Source: Candidatus Bathyarchaeota archaeon (GTDB lineage Archaea; Thermoproteota; Bathyarchaeia; Bathyarchaeales; Bathycorpusculaceae). From it: a stretch of 64,000 nucleotides of DNA. The notes beneath the pieces were generated by a model. The model ran no database searches. It saw only the letters and a program-made list of their open reading frames with translations, and was not told where the DNA came from. This document shows positions 19,753 through 29,136 of the stretch, piece by piece. Position 1 is the first letter of the stretch. Every line of letters starts with the position of its first letter. Where the stretch lies: assembly GCA_963707955.1 (NCBI GenBank), contig OY970176.1, forward strand, positions 704,001 through 768,000, read 5' to 3'. The position numbers were made by a program, and so were the translations under genes.

Positions 19753-22668
19753 TTGCTTATTCCCTCTTGCGTTGGAGTTCAACTAGTCTTGAAAGAATCA
19801 GCTGCAAATGCTTTTGGTCTGCTTGTTAAACCTGTTCGAAGACTCGTTGAGGAGAGGGAGTTCTCGAAGCCTACAGAACCACAGGAGAAGACTATTCCTC
19901 TGATTCTTGAGGGAAAGAATGTTCTTCTGATCTCGCCCACGGCCACTGGGAAGACTGAAGCCGCCTTCCTTCCAGTTTTGAGCATGCTTCTTCAGGGACA
20001 GCAGGGAAAGCCCGGTATCAAGGTTTTGTACATTACTCCTTTGCGGGCTCTTAATCGTGACATGCTTGAGAGGCTCGAGTGGTGGTGCAATAAGCTAGAC
20101 GTGAAGTTGGCTGTAAGACACGGAGACACGGAGACCAAGGAAAGAGTTCGCCAGTCGAGAAGTCCGCCGGACATTCTGATCACGACTCCTGAGACTCTTC
20201 AGGCGATTTTGTCTGGTTGGATAATGCGGCAGCATCTTCAGCAATTGCGATGGGTGATAATTGACGAGGTCCACGAGATGGCTGACAGTAAACGTGGGAG
20301 TCAGCTTGCCTTGGCGTTGGAAAGGCTCCGGGTCATGATTGGAAAGGACTTCCAACTGATAGGCTTGTCTGCCACGATCGGCAGCCCGGACAAGGTGGCT
20401 CAATTTCTTGTCGGAAAGGGCAGGAGCGTCGAGATAGTGCGCGTTCCAGTCGGAAGAATGATGCACCTGAAGATCATCTTTCCAAGGCCTGGAGATGAGG
20501 ATTTGCAGCTTGCTTCTCAGCTTTACACGCACCCTGAGGTTGCGGCTAGACTTCGGATCATTCGGGACTACATCAACAGGGCCAAGTCGGTGCTCTTGTT
20601 CACGAACACGCGGGCTGTGTCTGAGGTTTTGGCGAGCAGGTTCAAGGTTTGGGATGTGAATTTTCCCGTTTCCATACACCACGGTTCGCTTGCTAAGCCT
20701 TCTCGCATAGCTGCTGAGAGGGGTTTAAAGAACGGTGAGCTGAAGGGGCTCGTTTGCACGAGCTCTCTTGAGTTGGGCATAGACGTGGGCAGGATAGACT
20801 TGGTCATTCAATACATGAGCCCACGGCAGGCGACGAGGCTCATTCAGCGTGTGGGCAGGAGCGGTCACAGAATCGGGCGGATCGCCGAGGGGATCATCGT
20901 CGCCTTGGATTCCGATGATGCTCTTGAGGCCTTGACAATTGCGAAGAAAGCGTTGAAGGAGGATCTGGAACCTGTGGTTATTCCTCCGAAGCCCTACGAC
21001 GTTCTCGCACACCAGATCGCGGGTTTGCTGATCAGGAACAGAAGGCTTGGGTTTAGCGAGATCGTGGAAATCTTCCGGAACGCCTACCCCTACGAGGATT
21101 TGACGGAGAATGACGTTGAAAAAGTGTTGAGGTACATGCATGGACGTTTTCCGCGGTTGGCATGGGTTTCGTTTGAGGACAAGATGGTCCTGAGGCCGCG
21201 GCAGACAAAGGCTCTTTTTGAGTACTACTTCGACAACTTGTCCATGATTCCTGAAGAGAAGCAGTTTCTCGTTGTTGACGAGTCAAGCGACTCCGCCGTA
21301 GGAGTCTTGGATGAGGCGTTTATGGCCGAGTTTGGTAAACCCGGCACGAAGTTCATCATCAGAGGGTCGCCTTGGATTATTCATAGCGTTTCTGAAGACC
21401 GAGTTCATGTCAGACCGATAGACGACCCTACTGGGGCTATACCAAGCTGGATAGGAGAGGAGATTCCTGTTCCTTTTGAGGTTTCGCAAGAAGTGGGCGT
21501 GATCAGGGGTTTCGTCGAAGAACAACGGCGAAAGAACGTTTCGCCCGAGGAAATCGCAGATGAGTTGAGTGAGCGCTATCCATCCGACAAGGATACGGTT
21601 CTAAGTGCCTTAGCCGAGACGATCGAGCACGTGGACGCTGGTTTTCCAGCTCCTACTGACAAGCGGATAATCGTCGAAGACTGGCAAGAGTTCGTTCTCA
21701 TTCACGTCAACTTCGGTTCGCTTACGAACAGGGCTTTGGCCTTGTTGCTGGGCGAGCTACTCTCCGAGAAGATGGGGTACACTGCGGTGGTTCAGCATGA
21801 TCCTTACCGTATCTTCTTGCAGACCATGGGCGCCGTGAACGCGAATCAGGTCGTAGCGCTGTTTGATGATGTCAAAGCGATGCAAGAAAAGACCGTGAGA
21901 GACCACTTGACGACGGCCACCGTGAAGACTGGACTCTTCAAGCGGCGGATGATCCACGTGGCGCATCGCTTTGGGGCACTGCAGAAGTGGGCGGACTTCA
22001 GCAGTGTTAGCCTTCAGAAGCTGGTGAAGAGCTTTGAAGACACGCCTATTTACGAAGAGGCCTTGAAAGAAGTGTTTACTAAAGACCTTGACGTTGAAGA
22101 ATTGATTGAGGTTCTCGGAAGAATGCGGCAAGGCAAAGTTCAGGTGACGAAGGTTGAAACTGAAGGGTCTTCAACTCCTATCGCTCGCCTGGGTATCGAG
22201 CGAATAAGCATGAAGACCGATCTGATCCCTCCTGAAAGGATGCGGGCTGTGCTCGTGGAGTCTGCTAAGGCGCGGTTGCTCAACGAGACGAGTGGTTTCC
22301 TCTGCACGAACTGTTGGAGTTACGTGGAGATGCTGAAGATTAATGACTTACCTGACAGGCTCAAGTGTCCAGGGTGCGGCTCGTCTGCCATAGGACTCGT
22401 CAGAGTTGAGGAAGAGAGGTTGCAGCCCATAGTGGAGAAGCAAGGTCAGAGGCTCACGAAGGCGGAGGAAAAGCTTCAGAGTCAAGCCGTACAGACTAGC
22501 AGGCTGATCGAGAAGTATGGAAAGGCTGCTGCGATAGCGTTGTCTGCGAGAAGAGTTCAACCTTCAGAAGTTAAAGAGGTTCTTGAGAAACAGCCTAGGA
22601 TGAATGACAGGTTTTATGAGCTGGTGCTCGAAGCTGAGCGCAAGGCCCTGAGCAAACGTTTCTGGTAG
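19753..22668 (+). CDS. lhr: Lhr-family SF2 helicase with C-terminal Zn finger
   Basis: PTATGKT, YITPLRALNRD, DEVH, SAT, HHGSL, SSLELGID, QRVGRSGH; CTNC..CPGC. Confidence 0.93.
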   Translation: MLIPSCVGVQLVLKESAANAFGLLVKPVRRLVEEREFSKPTEPQEKTIPLILEGKNVLLISPTATGKTEAAFLPVLSMLLQGQQGKPGIKVLYITPLRALNRDMLERLEWWCNKLDVKLAVRHGDTETKERVRQSRSPPDILITTPETLQAILSGWIMRQHLQQLRWVIIDEVHEMADSKRGSQLALALERLRVMIGKDFQLIGLSATIGSPDKVAQFLVGKGRSVEIVRVPVGRMMHLKIIFPRPGDEDLQLASQLYTHPEVAARLRIIRDYINRAKSVLLFTNTRAVSEVLASRFKVWDVNFPVSIHHGSLAKPSRIAAERGLKNGELKGLVCTSSLELGIDVGRIDLVIQYMSPRQATRLIQRVGRSGHRIGRIAEGIIVALDSDDALEALTIAKKALKEDLEPVVIPPKPYDVLAHQIAGLLIRNRRLGFSEIVEIFRNAYPYEDLTENDVEKVLRYMHGRFPRLAWVSFEDKMVLRPRQTKALFEYYFDNLSMIPEEKQFLVVDESSDSAVGVLDEAFMAEFGKPGTKFIIRGSPWIIHSVSEDRVHVRPIDDPTGAIPSWIGEEIPVPFEVSQEVGVIRGFVEEQRRKNVSPEEIADELSERYPSDKDTVLSALAETIEHVDAGFPAPTDKRIIVEDWQEFVLIHVNFGSLTNRALALLLGELLSEKMGYTAVVQHDPYRIFLQTMGAVNANQVVALFDDVKAMQEKTVRDHLTTATVKTGLFKRRMIHVAHRFGALQKWADFSSVSLQKLVKSFEDTPIYEEALKEVFTKDLDVEELIEVLGRMRQGKVQVTKVETEGSSTPIARLGIERISMKTDLIPPERMRAVLVESAKARLLNETSGFLCTNCWSYVEMLKINDLPDRLKCPGCGSSAIGLVRVEEERLQPIVEKQGQRLTKAEEKLQSQAVQTSRLIEKYGKAAAIALSARRVQPSEVKEVLEKQPRMNDRFYELVLEAERKALSKRFW

Positions 22669-22766
22669 GACAAATCTGCCACCAACAACCACGATAAACA
22701 ATGTTTAAATCAATGCTTGCCTACTTGAGCGTAAGCGACTGCTACTAGCCACGTGAGGAAAACGAT

Positions 22767-23093
22767 TTGGAAATAACTCGAAAGAAGATGCGAGAAGAAA
22801 TCCTTGAGAGAATCAAGTACGTGAAAACGTGTGTTCTGGCGAGGGAGGTTTGCCTGCTGGTTCGCACGAACCGCGCCGTGCTTGACCCTAAGGATGTCCG
22901 TGATGTTTGCATGTCGGTTTCGAAGCTGTGTAAGGAGGAGGGGTGTGAGGAGCCAAGCGAGATCTGTCGCAAGGCTGCTGAAGCCGTTGGTTCTGATGAG
23001 GAAGCAAAATACCTTGAACTGTGCGCCCAGAGCTGCCTCAAGTGTGGTGAAGCCAGACAGCCCACGCCTAAGAAGGCGACGTACGTCTCGTAG
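22767..23093 (+). CDS. Cys-rich helical hypothetical protein
   Basis: 108 aa with 9 Cys; co-oriented with the flanking genes. Confidence 0.65.
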   Translation: MEITRKKMREEILERIKYVKTCVLAREVCLLVRTNRAVLDPKDVRDVCMSVSKLCKEEGCEEPSEICRKAAEAVGSDEEAKYLELCAQSCLKCGEARQPTPKKATYVS

Positions 23094-23168
23094 GCATGGA
23101 AAGTCTTTAAAGGACTCATGTCGTTGGTTAAGCAAGGTAACTCTGGTTGGTAACGGGGGCATAATGGT

Positions 23169-23645
23169 CTGTTCATAGCGCCTTTTGTTCCTAGTCCGCC
23201 GCAAGTGGTCCATCAGATGTTAGCCTTGGCCGATTTGAGGGCTGGCGAAGTCTTCTTTGACCTCGGGGCTGGAGACGGAAGGACGCTGGTTATGGCGGTG
23301 AAGGAGTACGGTGCCAGAGCCGTTGGTGTTGAGCTGAGAGAGGATCTCGTGAAGAAGGCGCTGGGCACCGTGTATGAGCAAGGTCTTCAGGACAGGATAA
23401 CGATAGTCAACGGTGACATGTTCACGGTAGACCTGAGTTCAGCGGACGTGGTTTTCCTCTACTTAACGACAAGCGCAAACGAGAAAATTAAGCCGAAGTT
23501 GGAGACTGAGCTGAAGCATGGCGTGCGGGTTGTTTCTCATGATTATGAGATCGTCGGTTGGAAACCGTTGAAGGTTGTGAATTTCTGTGAGAACCAGGCG
23601 CTGGGGTTTCCATCACACACCATTTACCTTTACAAGAGACTCTAG
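23169..23645 (+). CDS. Protein-lysine methyltransferase, aKMT/FAM173-like; probable CTG start
   Basis: APFVPSP..VV..ML, DLGAGDGR, AVGVE, KPKLE.EL..GVRVVSHDY and HTIYLY as in Sulfolobus aKMT. Confidence 0.85.
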   Translation: MFIAPFVPSPPQVVHQMLALADLRAGEVFFDLGAGDGRTLVMAVKEYGARAVGVELREDLVKKALGTVYEQGLQDRITIVNGDMFTVDLSSADVVFLYLTTSANEKIKPKLETELKHGVRVVSHDYEIVGWKPLKVVNFCENQALGFPSHTIYLYKRL

Positions 23646-23654
23646 TGGCGTGGC

Positions 23655-24081
23655 ATGTCTGCGCGTTCTTTTAAGACTTCTATCAGAGTCACATGGGCTG
23701 ACACCGACGCGGCGCAGGTTGTGCATTTCTCGAACTACTTCAGGTTTTTTGAGAGGGCTGAAGAAGAGTTCTACAGGGCTTTAGGCTTCAGCTTCACGGA
23801 CTTCAGGAGCCGGGGGCTCTGGTTCCCAAGGGTTGAAGCATTTTGCCAGTACAAGAAGTCAGCAGGGTTCAACGATTTGCTCGATGTGGAAGTGACGGTT
23901 GAGGAGTCTGAGAGAGAAGTCTGTGAGACTGGGCTTCACGGTGTCCAACAAGGAGACGAAAGATCTGTTGGCGTCTGGCTACCTAGTCATCGTTGCGGCC
24001 GATAGGCAGACGAGAAGAGCAACGCAGATGCCTGCTGAGGCTTTTGAGAAGCTGAAACCGTATGCGAAGCAGGTTTTATAA
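23655..24081 (+). pseudogene. 4HBT/YbgC-type acyl-CoA thioesterase with a 1-nt insertion (pseudogene or sequencing error)
   Basis: RVTWADTDAAQVVHFSNYFRFFE; the C-terminal half (LREKSVRLGF...) continues in another frame after GAG-T-CTG near 23907. Confidence 0.85.
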
Positions 24082-24107
24082 GAGACGCGAGTCGTTGAGT
24101 TCGTTCA

Positions 24108-24620
24108 GTGATGGCTAAGTTGCAGTTTGTTCCGTGGCGGTACATAGCAGACTGGAAGTGTACGAGATGCGCCGACTGCTGCAGACTCTACAGCGTGGTC
24201 ATAAACTTTCATGAGTGGCTGAGGATTGTGAAGAGTTTCGGAGTTGAACACACAGCGGCGGGTCTGGACAAGCTTTTTATAAGGAGGAGAAGCGACGGGT
24301 CATGCGTCTTTCTGCAGAGCAGCTCAAGCGTCAATCTTTGCGCGCTGCAGCGTACGAAGCCAAGAGCGTGTCAGCTCTGGCCTTTCAAGGTTCTTATGAA
24401 GCCTGAGTTCGGTTATGCGAACGAGGCGGTGCTTCCTTGCGGTGAACACAAGCTTTTTGTCTACGCTGACCCTTTGTGTCGGGGTCTTAGGTACGGGTCG
24501 CCGACTTTGGAGTTTTGCAACTACAAGCTCAGGGAGTTTGTAGAGATTGCCCTCGGCCTGCGGTCGTATCAGTTGAAGACGACTTCAAGCATGGGTTTAG
24601 ACGGCGTCCCGCGGTTCTAA
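24108..24620 (+). CDS. YkgJ-family CxxCxxCC cysteine-cluster protein
   Basis: CTRCADCC, CVFL, KPRACQLWPF, CRG. Confidence 0.9.
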   Translation: MMAKLQFVPWRYIADWKCTRCADCCRLYSVVINFHEWLRIVKSFGVEHTAAGLDKLFIRRRSDGSCVFLQSSSSVNLCALQRTKPRACQLWPFKVLMKPEFGYANEAVLPCGEHKLFVYADPLCRGLRYGSPTLEFCNYKLREFVEIALGLRSYQLKTTSSMGLDGVPRF

Positions 24621-24982
24621 GGGTTGGCTTGTTTGAAGTATGATTTTAGCTTCTCTTTAAGCCGTTCCATGTTGGACGGTGCTTCGATCCGTTCTTGGCC
24701 GATTGCTGTCGTCGGTGTTTTGCTGATTCCTCTCTCTGTGGCCTTCAGCTTTCCTTTTAGGCTTGAGACGTCGATGACTTCGACTTGAAGGTCTCTCTTC
24801 ACTTCGAATAGGTTCGCCAGTTCTAGAGCCCATTTGTCGGTTTCTTGCAACGCTTTTTCGTATTCGAGCATCTTCTTGGACAAGGAGGAGCAAGTCATCA
24901 CGCCGTCTGAGAACGGTGTGCTAACGTACTCGCGGGGGAGTTTCTTTTCTTTTCTCACGTAGACTTCGACCTTGTCGGCCAT
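24617..24982 (-). CDS. Hypothetical protein with thioredoxin/glutaredoxin-like C-terminus
   Basis: VEVIDVS...GISKTPT..IG pattern; no CxxC. Confidence 0.6.
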   Translation of the reverse strand: MADKVEVYVRKEKKLPREYVSTPFSDGVMTCSSLSKKMLEYEKALQETDKWALELANLFEVKRDLQVEVIDVSSLKGKLKATERGISKTPTTAIGQERIEAPSNMERLKEKLKSYFKQANP

Positions 24983-25060
24983 GAAGAGGCTTTCAGCAGT
25001 AGACTGTGCCTTGGCGATTGTTTATGATTGCTTCAAGGATGCAACTGTTTCGTGGAATAC

Positions 25061-25232
25061 GCTACATCCCTGTATTCGCGTTTTGGCCCCGTCTATTCCA
25101 CCCTCCCCCTCCCCCTAGGGTGTTAGTACTGCACGTAGGCGTTCGTGGAGGTCCTAGTGGATTTGTATGGGCTTGAAGCCGAGCGCGTGTCGAGGGCTCC
25201 GCAGAAGGTCTGGGCAAGGGTCGTAACTTTTC
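25061..25232 (-). repeat. ~170-bp repeat, copy 2
   Basis: Inverted copy of 15500-15665. Confidence 0.9.
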
Positions 25233-25478
25233 AATACACTCTACTGTCACGCCATTTTCTGGTTTCATGTGCTCGCTCAGAGCCGGGCTAACCCGCCTGT
25301 CCCTTTCCTCTTGGGTGCCAGTCCTCAGCTTTGCTACTCGAAAAGGACTTGACGAGGAAAACGTTGCGCCTGCGGGTTGTTGTAGGAGCCAGGGGGCAAG
25401 CGTGTCTAGGTTTGAGATTGTGTTATAAGGATGTGTGTCAACATGTAGACTCCATCCGAATACGGGTGGAACGTTTCC

Positions 25479-26255
25479 TTGGCGAATCCGAAGATTGGCT
25501 TGTCGATGCTCTTCACTATTGGCGAACCCTTCGAGAGAATGGTAGAGGAGATTCCTAAAACGGGGGCGAGGTACGTGGAGGTTGTGGATGACGGTGCTCA
25601 CGTCCTTGACGAGAAGAGAGTTTTGGCACTGAAGAGCGTTAGGGATTCTTATGACGTGGAGTACACGGTTCATGCGCCGTTCACTGGCATCAACATATCT
25701 TTGCAGGATAAGGCACTGTTGAACGCGACGATGGAGAGGTTGAAGGAGTCGATCGTTAACTCTGCCGGTTTAGATTGTAGACTTTGGGTCTTCCACCCTG
25801 GGATGAAAGCTGGCGTCAGCATGTTCTATCCAGGCATGGATTGGACTAGGAATCTAGAGGGCGTTCGGCTCTTGTCCAAGTTTGCGAATGAACATGGCGT
25901 GAAGACGGCGATAGAGAACGTTATGGAACCGTTTGTCTTAAGAAGCGTTGCCGAGTTCAAGCGGTTCTACAGTGAACTGAACGAAGACGTTGGGTTGGCC
26001 TTGGACACTGGGCACGCGAACCTCAGCGGAGAGGTGGATGGTTTTCTAACAGAGTTGTCGGACAAGCTTGTTCACGTGCACGCTCAGGACAACTTTGGGA
26101 AGGTGGACCAGCATCTTGGCATAGGCTACGGCAGCATCAACTGGGAAAGCTTTGCAGGCCTGTTGAAGAAGACGTCTTTCGACGGCATCGTGATTCTTGA
26201 GTCTGTTGAGCACATCGAGGAGAGCATGCAGAAGCTGAAGCAGCTGCTACTCTAA
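25479..26255 (+). CDS. Sugar phosphate isomerase/epimerase (AP endonuclease 2 TIM barrel)
   Basis: TVHAP, FHPG, IEN, LDTGHA, HVHAQDN..DQHL..G.G.I motifs. Confidence 0.9.
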   Translation: MANPKIGLSMLFTIGEPFERMVEEIPKTGARYVEVVDDGAHVLDEKRVLALKSVRDSYDVEYTVHAPFTGINISLQDKALLNATMERLKESIVNSAGLDCRLWVFHPGMKAGVSMFYPGMDWTRNLEGVRLLSKFANEHGVKTAIENVMEPFVLRSVAEFKRFYSELNEDVGLALDTGHANLSGEVDGFLTELSDKLVHVHAQDNFGKVDQHLGIGYGSINWESFAGLLKKTSFDGIVILESVEHIEESMQKLKQLLL

Positions 26256-27167
26256 AAGCGGAATCTCTACTTGCATGAAGTCTTCTGCCATCACAGTGTT
26301 CTTGAAAATCTTTCTCGCCTGTTTCAGCCACGTGCTCGTGTCTTCGTACCTTTGACTGATGTGTGTCAGTATCAACTGTTTGACTTTTGCCTTCTTTGCG
26401 CTCTCTGCGGCTTGGTCTACGGTTGAATGTCCATACTTCTCTGCTCTTTCAGCCAGCTCGTCGCCCAGCGTGGAGTCGTGTATTAGCAGGTCTGCGTTGG
26501 CCGCGAATTTTTCAAGACGCTTGAAAGGCCTTGTGTCGCCCGTGTAGACTATTTTTCTGCCCTGTCTAGGAGGGCCCATCACTTCTTCAGGTTTGATGGC
26601 ACGTCCGTTTGGCAGCTTGACTCTCTGGCCGCGCTGAAGCTTTGACCACAGAGGGCCCTCTTGCAAGCCTAAAGCCTTGGCCTTTTCAGGGTAGAATCTT
26701 CCAGGTCTTGGTTTCTCAACGTAAGCGTAGGCGAAGCTGGGTATCACGTGCTTCGACCGGACCGCCTGCACTGTGTACTCGTCTTCCTGGCAAACAACGC
26801 CTGGCCTTTCTATCTCGTGGATTTCTATTGGAAACGTCAGGACAAACTGGACTGTTTCCCTGATGCCATGCAGGAAATCATTGATCTTTGCCGGTCCGTA
26901 GACTTCGAGTTTTTTTTCTCTTCCAAGCAGGGCCATGGTTTGCAGTAGCCCTGGAAGTCCCATGAGGTGGTCTCCGTGCATGTGTGTTACGAAAACCCTT
27001 GTCGTCCTGTTGAGGCTTACTCCGGCCATCAGCATCTGTCTCTGGACGCCTTCACCACAGTCGAACATGAGCTGTTCACCGTCGCGTTGGACCAGTATCG
27101 CAGGTAAGCCCCTCTTGAGTGTTGGAACACCGGCCGCTGTTCCCAGGAAAACAACGCGCAGACTCAA
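26247..27167 (-). CDS. rnz: Ribonuclease Z
   Basis: FLGT, DCGEG, THMHGDH, exosite GP motif, YTGDT, THISQRY. Confidence 0.97.
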   Translation of the reverse strand: MSLRVVFLGTAAGVPTLKRGLPAILVQRDGEQLMFDCGEGVQRQMLMAGVSLNRTTRVFVTHMHGDHLMGLPGLLQTMALLGREKKLEVYGPAKINDFLHGIRETVQFVLTFPIEIHEIERPGVVCQEDEYTVQAVRSKHVIPSFAYAYVEKPRPGRFYPEKAKALGLQEGPLWSKLQRGQRVKLPNGRAIKPEEVMGPPRQGRKIVYTGDTRPFKRLEKFAANADLLIHDSTLGDELAERAEKYGHSTVDQAAESAKKAKVKQLILTHISQRYEDTSTWLKQARKIFKNTVMAEDFMQVEIPLLE

Positions 27168-27171
27168 GGGG

Positions 27172-28209
27172 CTACACCTTTTCGAACACGATGACTTCTC
27201 TCGTTAAGCTTCTGTGAACATAGACGAAATGGGACTCTATATGCTTATAGCCTAGGCCCGTTCCGACTTGAACAATGTTCAGCTTTCTAGGCGCGGCCAT
27301 GCAGACTCTTCTTCCATTTTTCAGCAGTCCATAGACTGCGGTCAGCACTTCTTCGATGACTTGTGTTGTAGTGCGTTTCAGCGTGGTTGAAGACGTGCCG
27401 TAGGGTGGATCCGTCACGACGCAGTCGACTTTCTTCAGAGGTAGGCTTCTAGCGTCTGCGACGACCACGCCTTCAGGCTTGATGCTGAAGTACGTCACGT
27501 TTCTAAGAGTTCCCCTAGCCATGCGACGTTGCACGTCGAGACCCAGGGCGCGGCAGCCGACGAGGGCAGCTTCAATCAGCGTGGTTCCTGTTCCGCAGAA
27601 GGGGTCCAGAACCAGGTCTCCGGTCTTCGGTTGTGCCAAGTTTACCATGCATCTCGCAAGTTTCGCCTGCATAGCTGACGGATGGAAAAAGGGCCTCTTT
27701 CTGGGGCGCCTTTGGACGAACGGTGCAGCCGGGATTTCAGCAAGTTTTAGGCCGAAGATGAATTTCTCGCTTGTCAGTATCCCCACCAACGTTTTGTCAG
27801 GGTGCTTCAGTTTAACTCGAACTCTAGGCATGTTTCGGAGTATGAGTTCGCCGAGCTTCTTTTCGAGCATCATTCCGTCTATCTCTGAAGCGTGGGTCTT
27901 GACGTGTCTAACTCGAACTGCGAAGCTTTCGTTTTCCCTCAAAGCTTTGTCGAGCCCTGCTAAAGCTAAAGCTTTGATTATGCTGCTCGTTTCTGCCTCG
28001 CAAGTGAAGAGTTCCATTGCGCAGAGCCTTGTTAAGGCTGCTCTGCGTTTTAGAACTTCTATGCAGTTTGGGTCAGCTTCCAGTCTTAGAACTTGGTCAA
28101 GCTTCTCCCTGACCCTGTATGCGTAGCCCTCTGTCTCGAGTATTGCCTTCAGCTCAGAAACAGGTAGGTCTTCATGCTCGCCTGAAAGCAGGAAGAAGAG
28201 GTTGGCCAC
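27172..28209 (-). CDS. trm11: tRNA m2G10/m2,2G10 methyltransferase (THUMP, Trm11/TrmG10)
   Basis: LSGEH..LP..E, RPFFHP, DPFCGTG, TDPPYG, VHRSLTR. Confidence 0.92.
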   Translation of the reverse strand: MANLFFLLSGEHEDLPVSELKAILETEGYAYRVREKLDQVLRLEADPNCIEVLKRRAALTRLCAMELFTCEAETSSIIKALALAGLDKALRENESFAVRVRHVKTHASEIDGMMLEKKLGELILRNMPRVRVKLKHPDKTLVGILTSEKFIFGLKLAEIPAAPFVQRRPRKRPFFHPSAMQAKLARCMVNLAQPKTGDLVLDPFCGTGTTLIEAALVGCRALGLDVQRRMARGTLRNVTYFSIKPEGVVVADARSLPLKKVDCVVTDPPYGTSSTTLKRTTTQVIEEVLTAVYGLLKNGRRVCMAAPRKLNIVQVGTGLGYKHIESHFVYVHRSLTREVIVFEKV

Positions 28210-28211
28210 GC

Positions 28212-29105
28212 TCAGGCTCCTTCTCGCATGAGCACCTGGCTTATGAGTGGAGCGACTGAAACTTTGCTCACGGAGCTCTGGACGCAGTCTGTGCCTACTA
28301 TCTCTTCAGCGCCGTTCTCCATGATTCTTTTTTGCGAGTCGCCCATAAGCAACGGGTGCACGCAAGCCGCATAAACCTTCTTTGCCCCGTTGTCCTTCAC
28401 GAGCTTCACAGCGTTAGCCATCGTTCCCCCGCTGCTTATTATGTCGTCGAAGATTATGACATCCCGGTTCTTGACCGGTAAGGGTCTGTCTTCAAGCGTG
28501 ACGCTGCCTGTTACGACGTCTCTTTTCGACGCAACATAATCGTAGCCTCCGCGCAGAATGCTATCGGCTTCCTGGGCGACGCTTATGGCCTTTTTGCCCA
28601 TTGACAGCGAAAGCGGGTTTTGTATGAGCTTTTTTGTCTTGAAATACTGGGCTAAAAGCGAGATGGCTGATAGGTCCTGAACAAGGATTTCGAAGGTTTT
28701 CAGGACGGCTGGGTTGTGGGCGTTGACGGTTATGATTTTGTTGACGCCGCATTCCTCGAGCAGTTTTACTATGGTTTTTGTGCTGAAGGCTTCGCCGGGT
28801 AGGAATCGTTTGTCTTGGCGGCTGTAGGCGAAGTATGGAACGACTGCCGTGATGCTTTTGGCTCCCATGTCTTTTGCGTTGTCGGCCATCAGGAGCAGTT
28901 GGATCAGTCTCTGGTCTTGTGGTGGGCTTGTGGTTTGGACGATGACGATGTCTTCGTTCTTCAGTGATTGGGATTCGAAGCGGATGTAGGATTCTCCGTC
29001 TGGGAAGATTTTCAGGAAGACAGGTGTGACTTCCGCGTTCAATTGTTTGGCTAGTTTTTCGCCTAAATCTTTGGATGCAGGTCCGGGTATGACCTTCACT
29101 TTCAT
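28212..29105 (-). CDS. prs: Ribose-phosphate pyrophosphokinase
   Basis: FPDGE, PYFAYSRQDKRF, DDIISSGGTM; start set at MKVKVIPG. Confidence 0.95.
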   Translation of the reverse strand: MKVKVIPGPASKDLGEKLAKQLNAEVTPVFLKIFPDGESYIRFESQSLKNEDIVIVQTTSPPQDQRLIQLLLMADNAKDMGAKSITAVVPYFAYSRQDKRFLPGEAFSTKTIVKLLEECGVNKIITVNAHNPAVLKTFEILVQDLSAISLLAQYFKTKKLIQNPLSLSMGKKAISVAQEADSILRGGYDYVASKRDVVTGSVTLEDRPLPVKNRDVIIFDDIISSGGTMANAVKLVKDNGAKKVYAACVHPLLMGDSQKRIMENGAEEIVGTDCVQSSVSKVSVAPLISQVLMREGA

Positions 29106-29136
29106 CGCCGAGTTTAGATGCGTCTGCTGTGGCTTT

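Noticed and set aside
24617-24982. Thioredoxin-like protein as a selenoprotein
   Set aside because: No in-frame TGA or CxxC/UxxC
10915-25232. Repeat pairs as DGR template/variable regions
   Set aside because: Differences are not adenine-specific and no reverse transcriptase is present
25062-25673. 203-aa minus-strand ORF
   Set aside because: Runs antisense over the epimerase start and through the repeat in a frame that is not the conserved one
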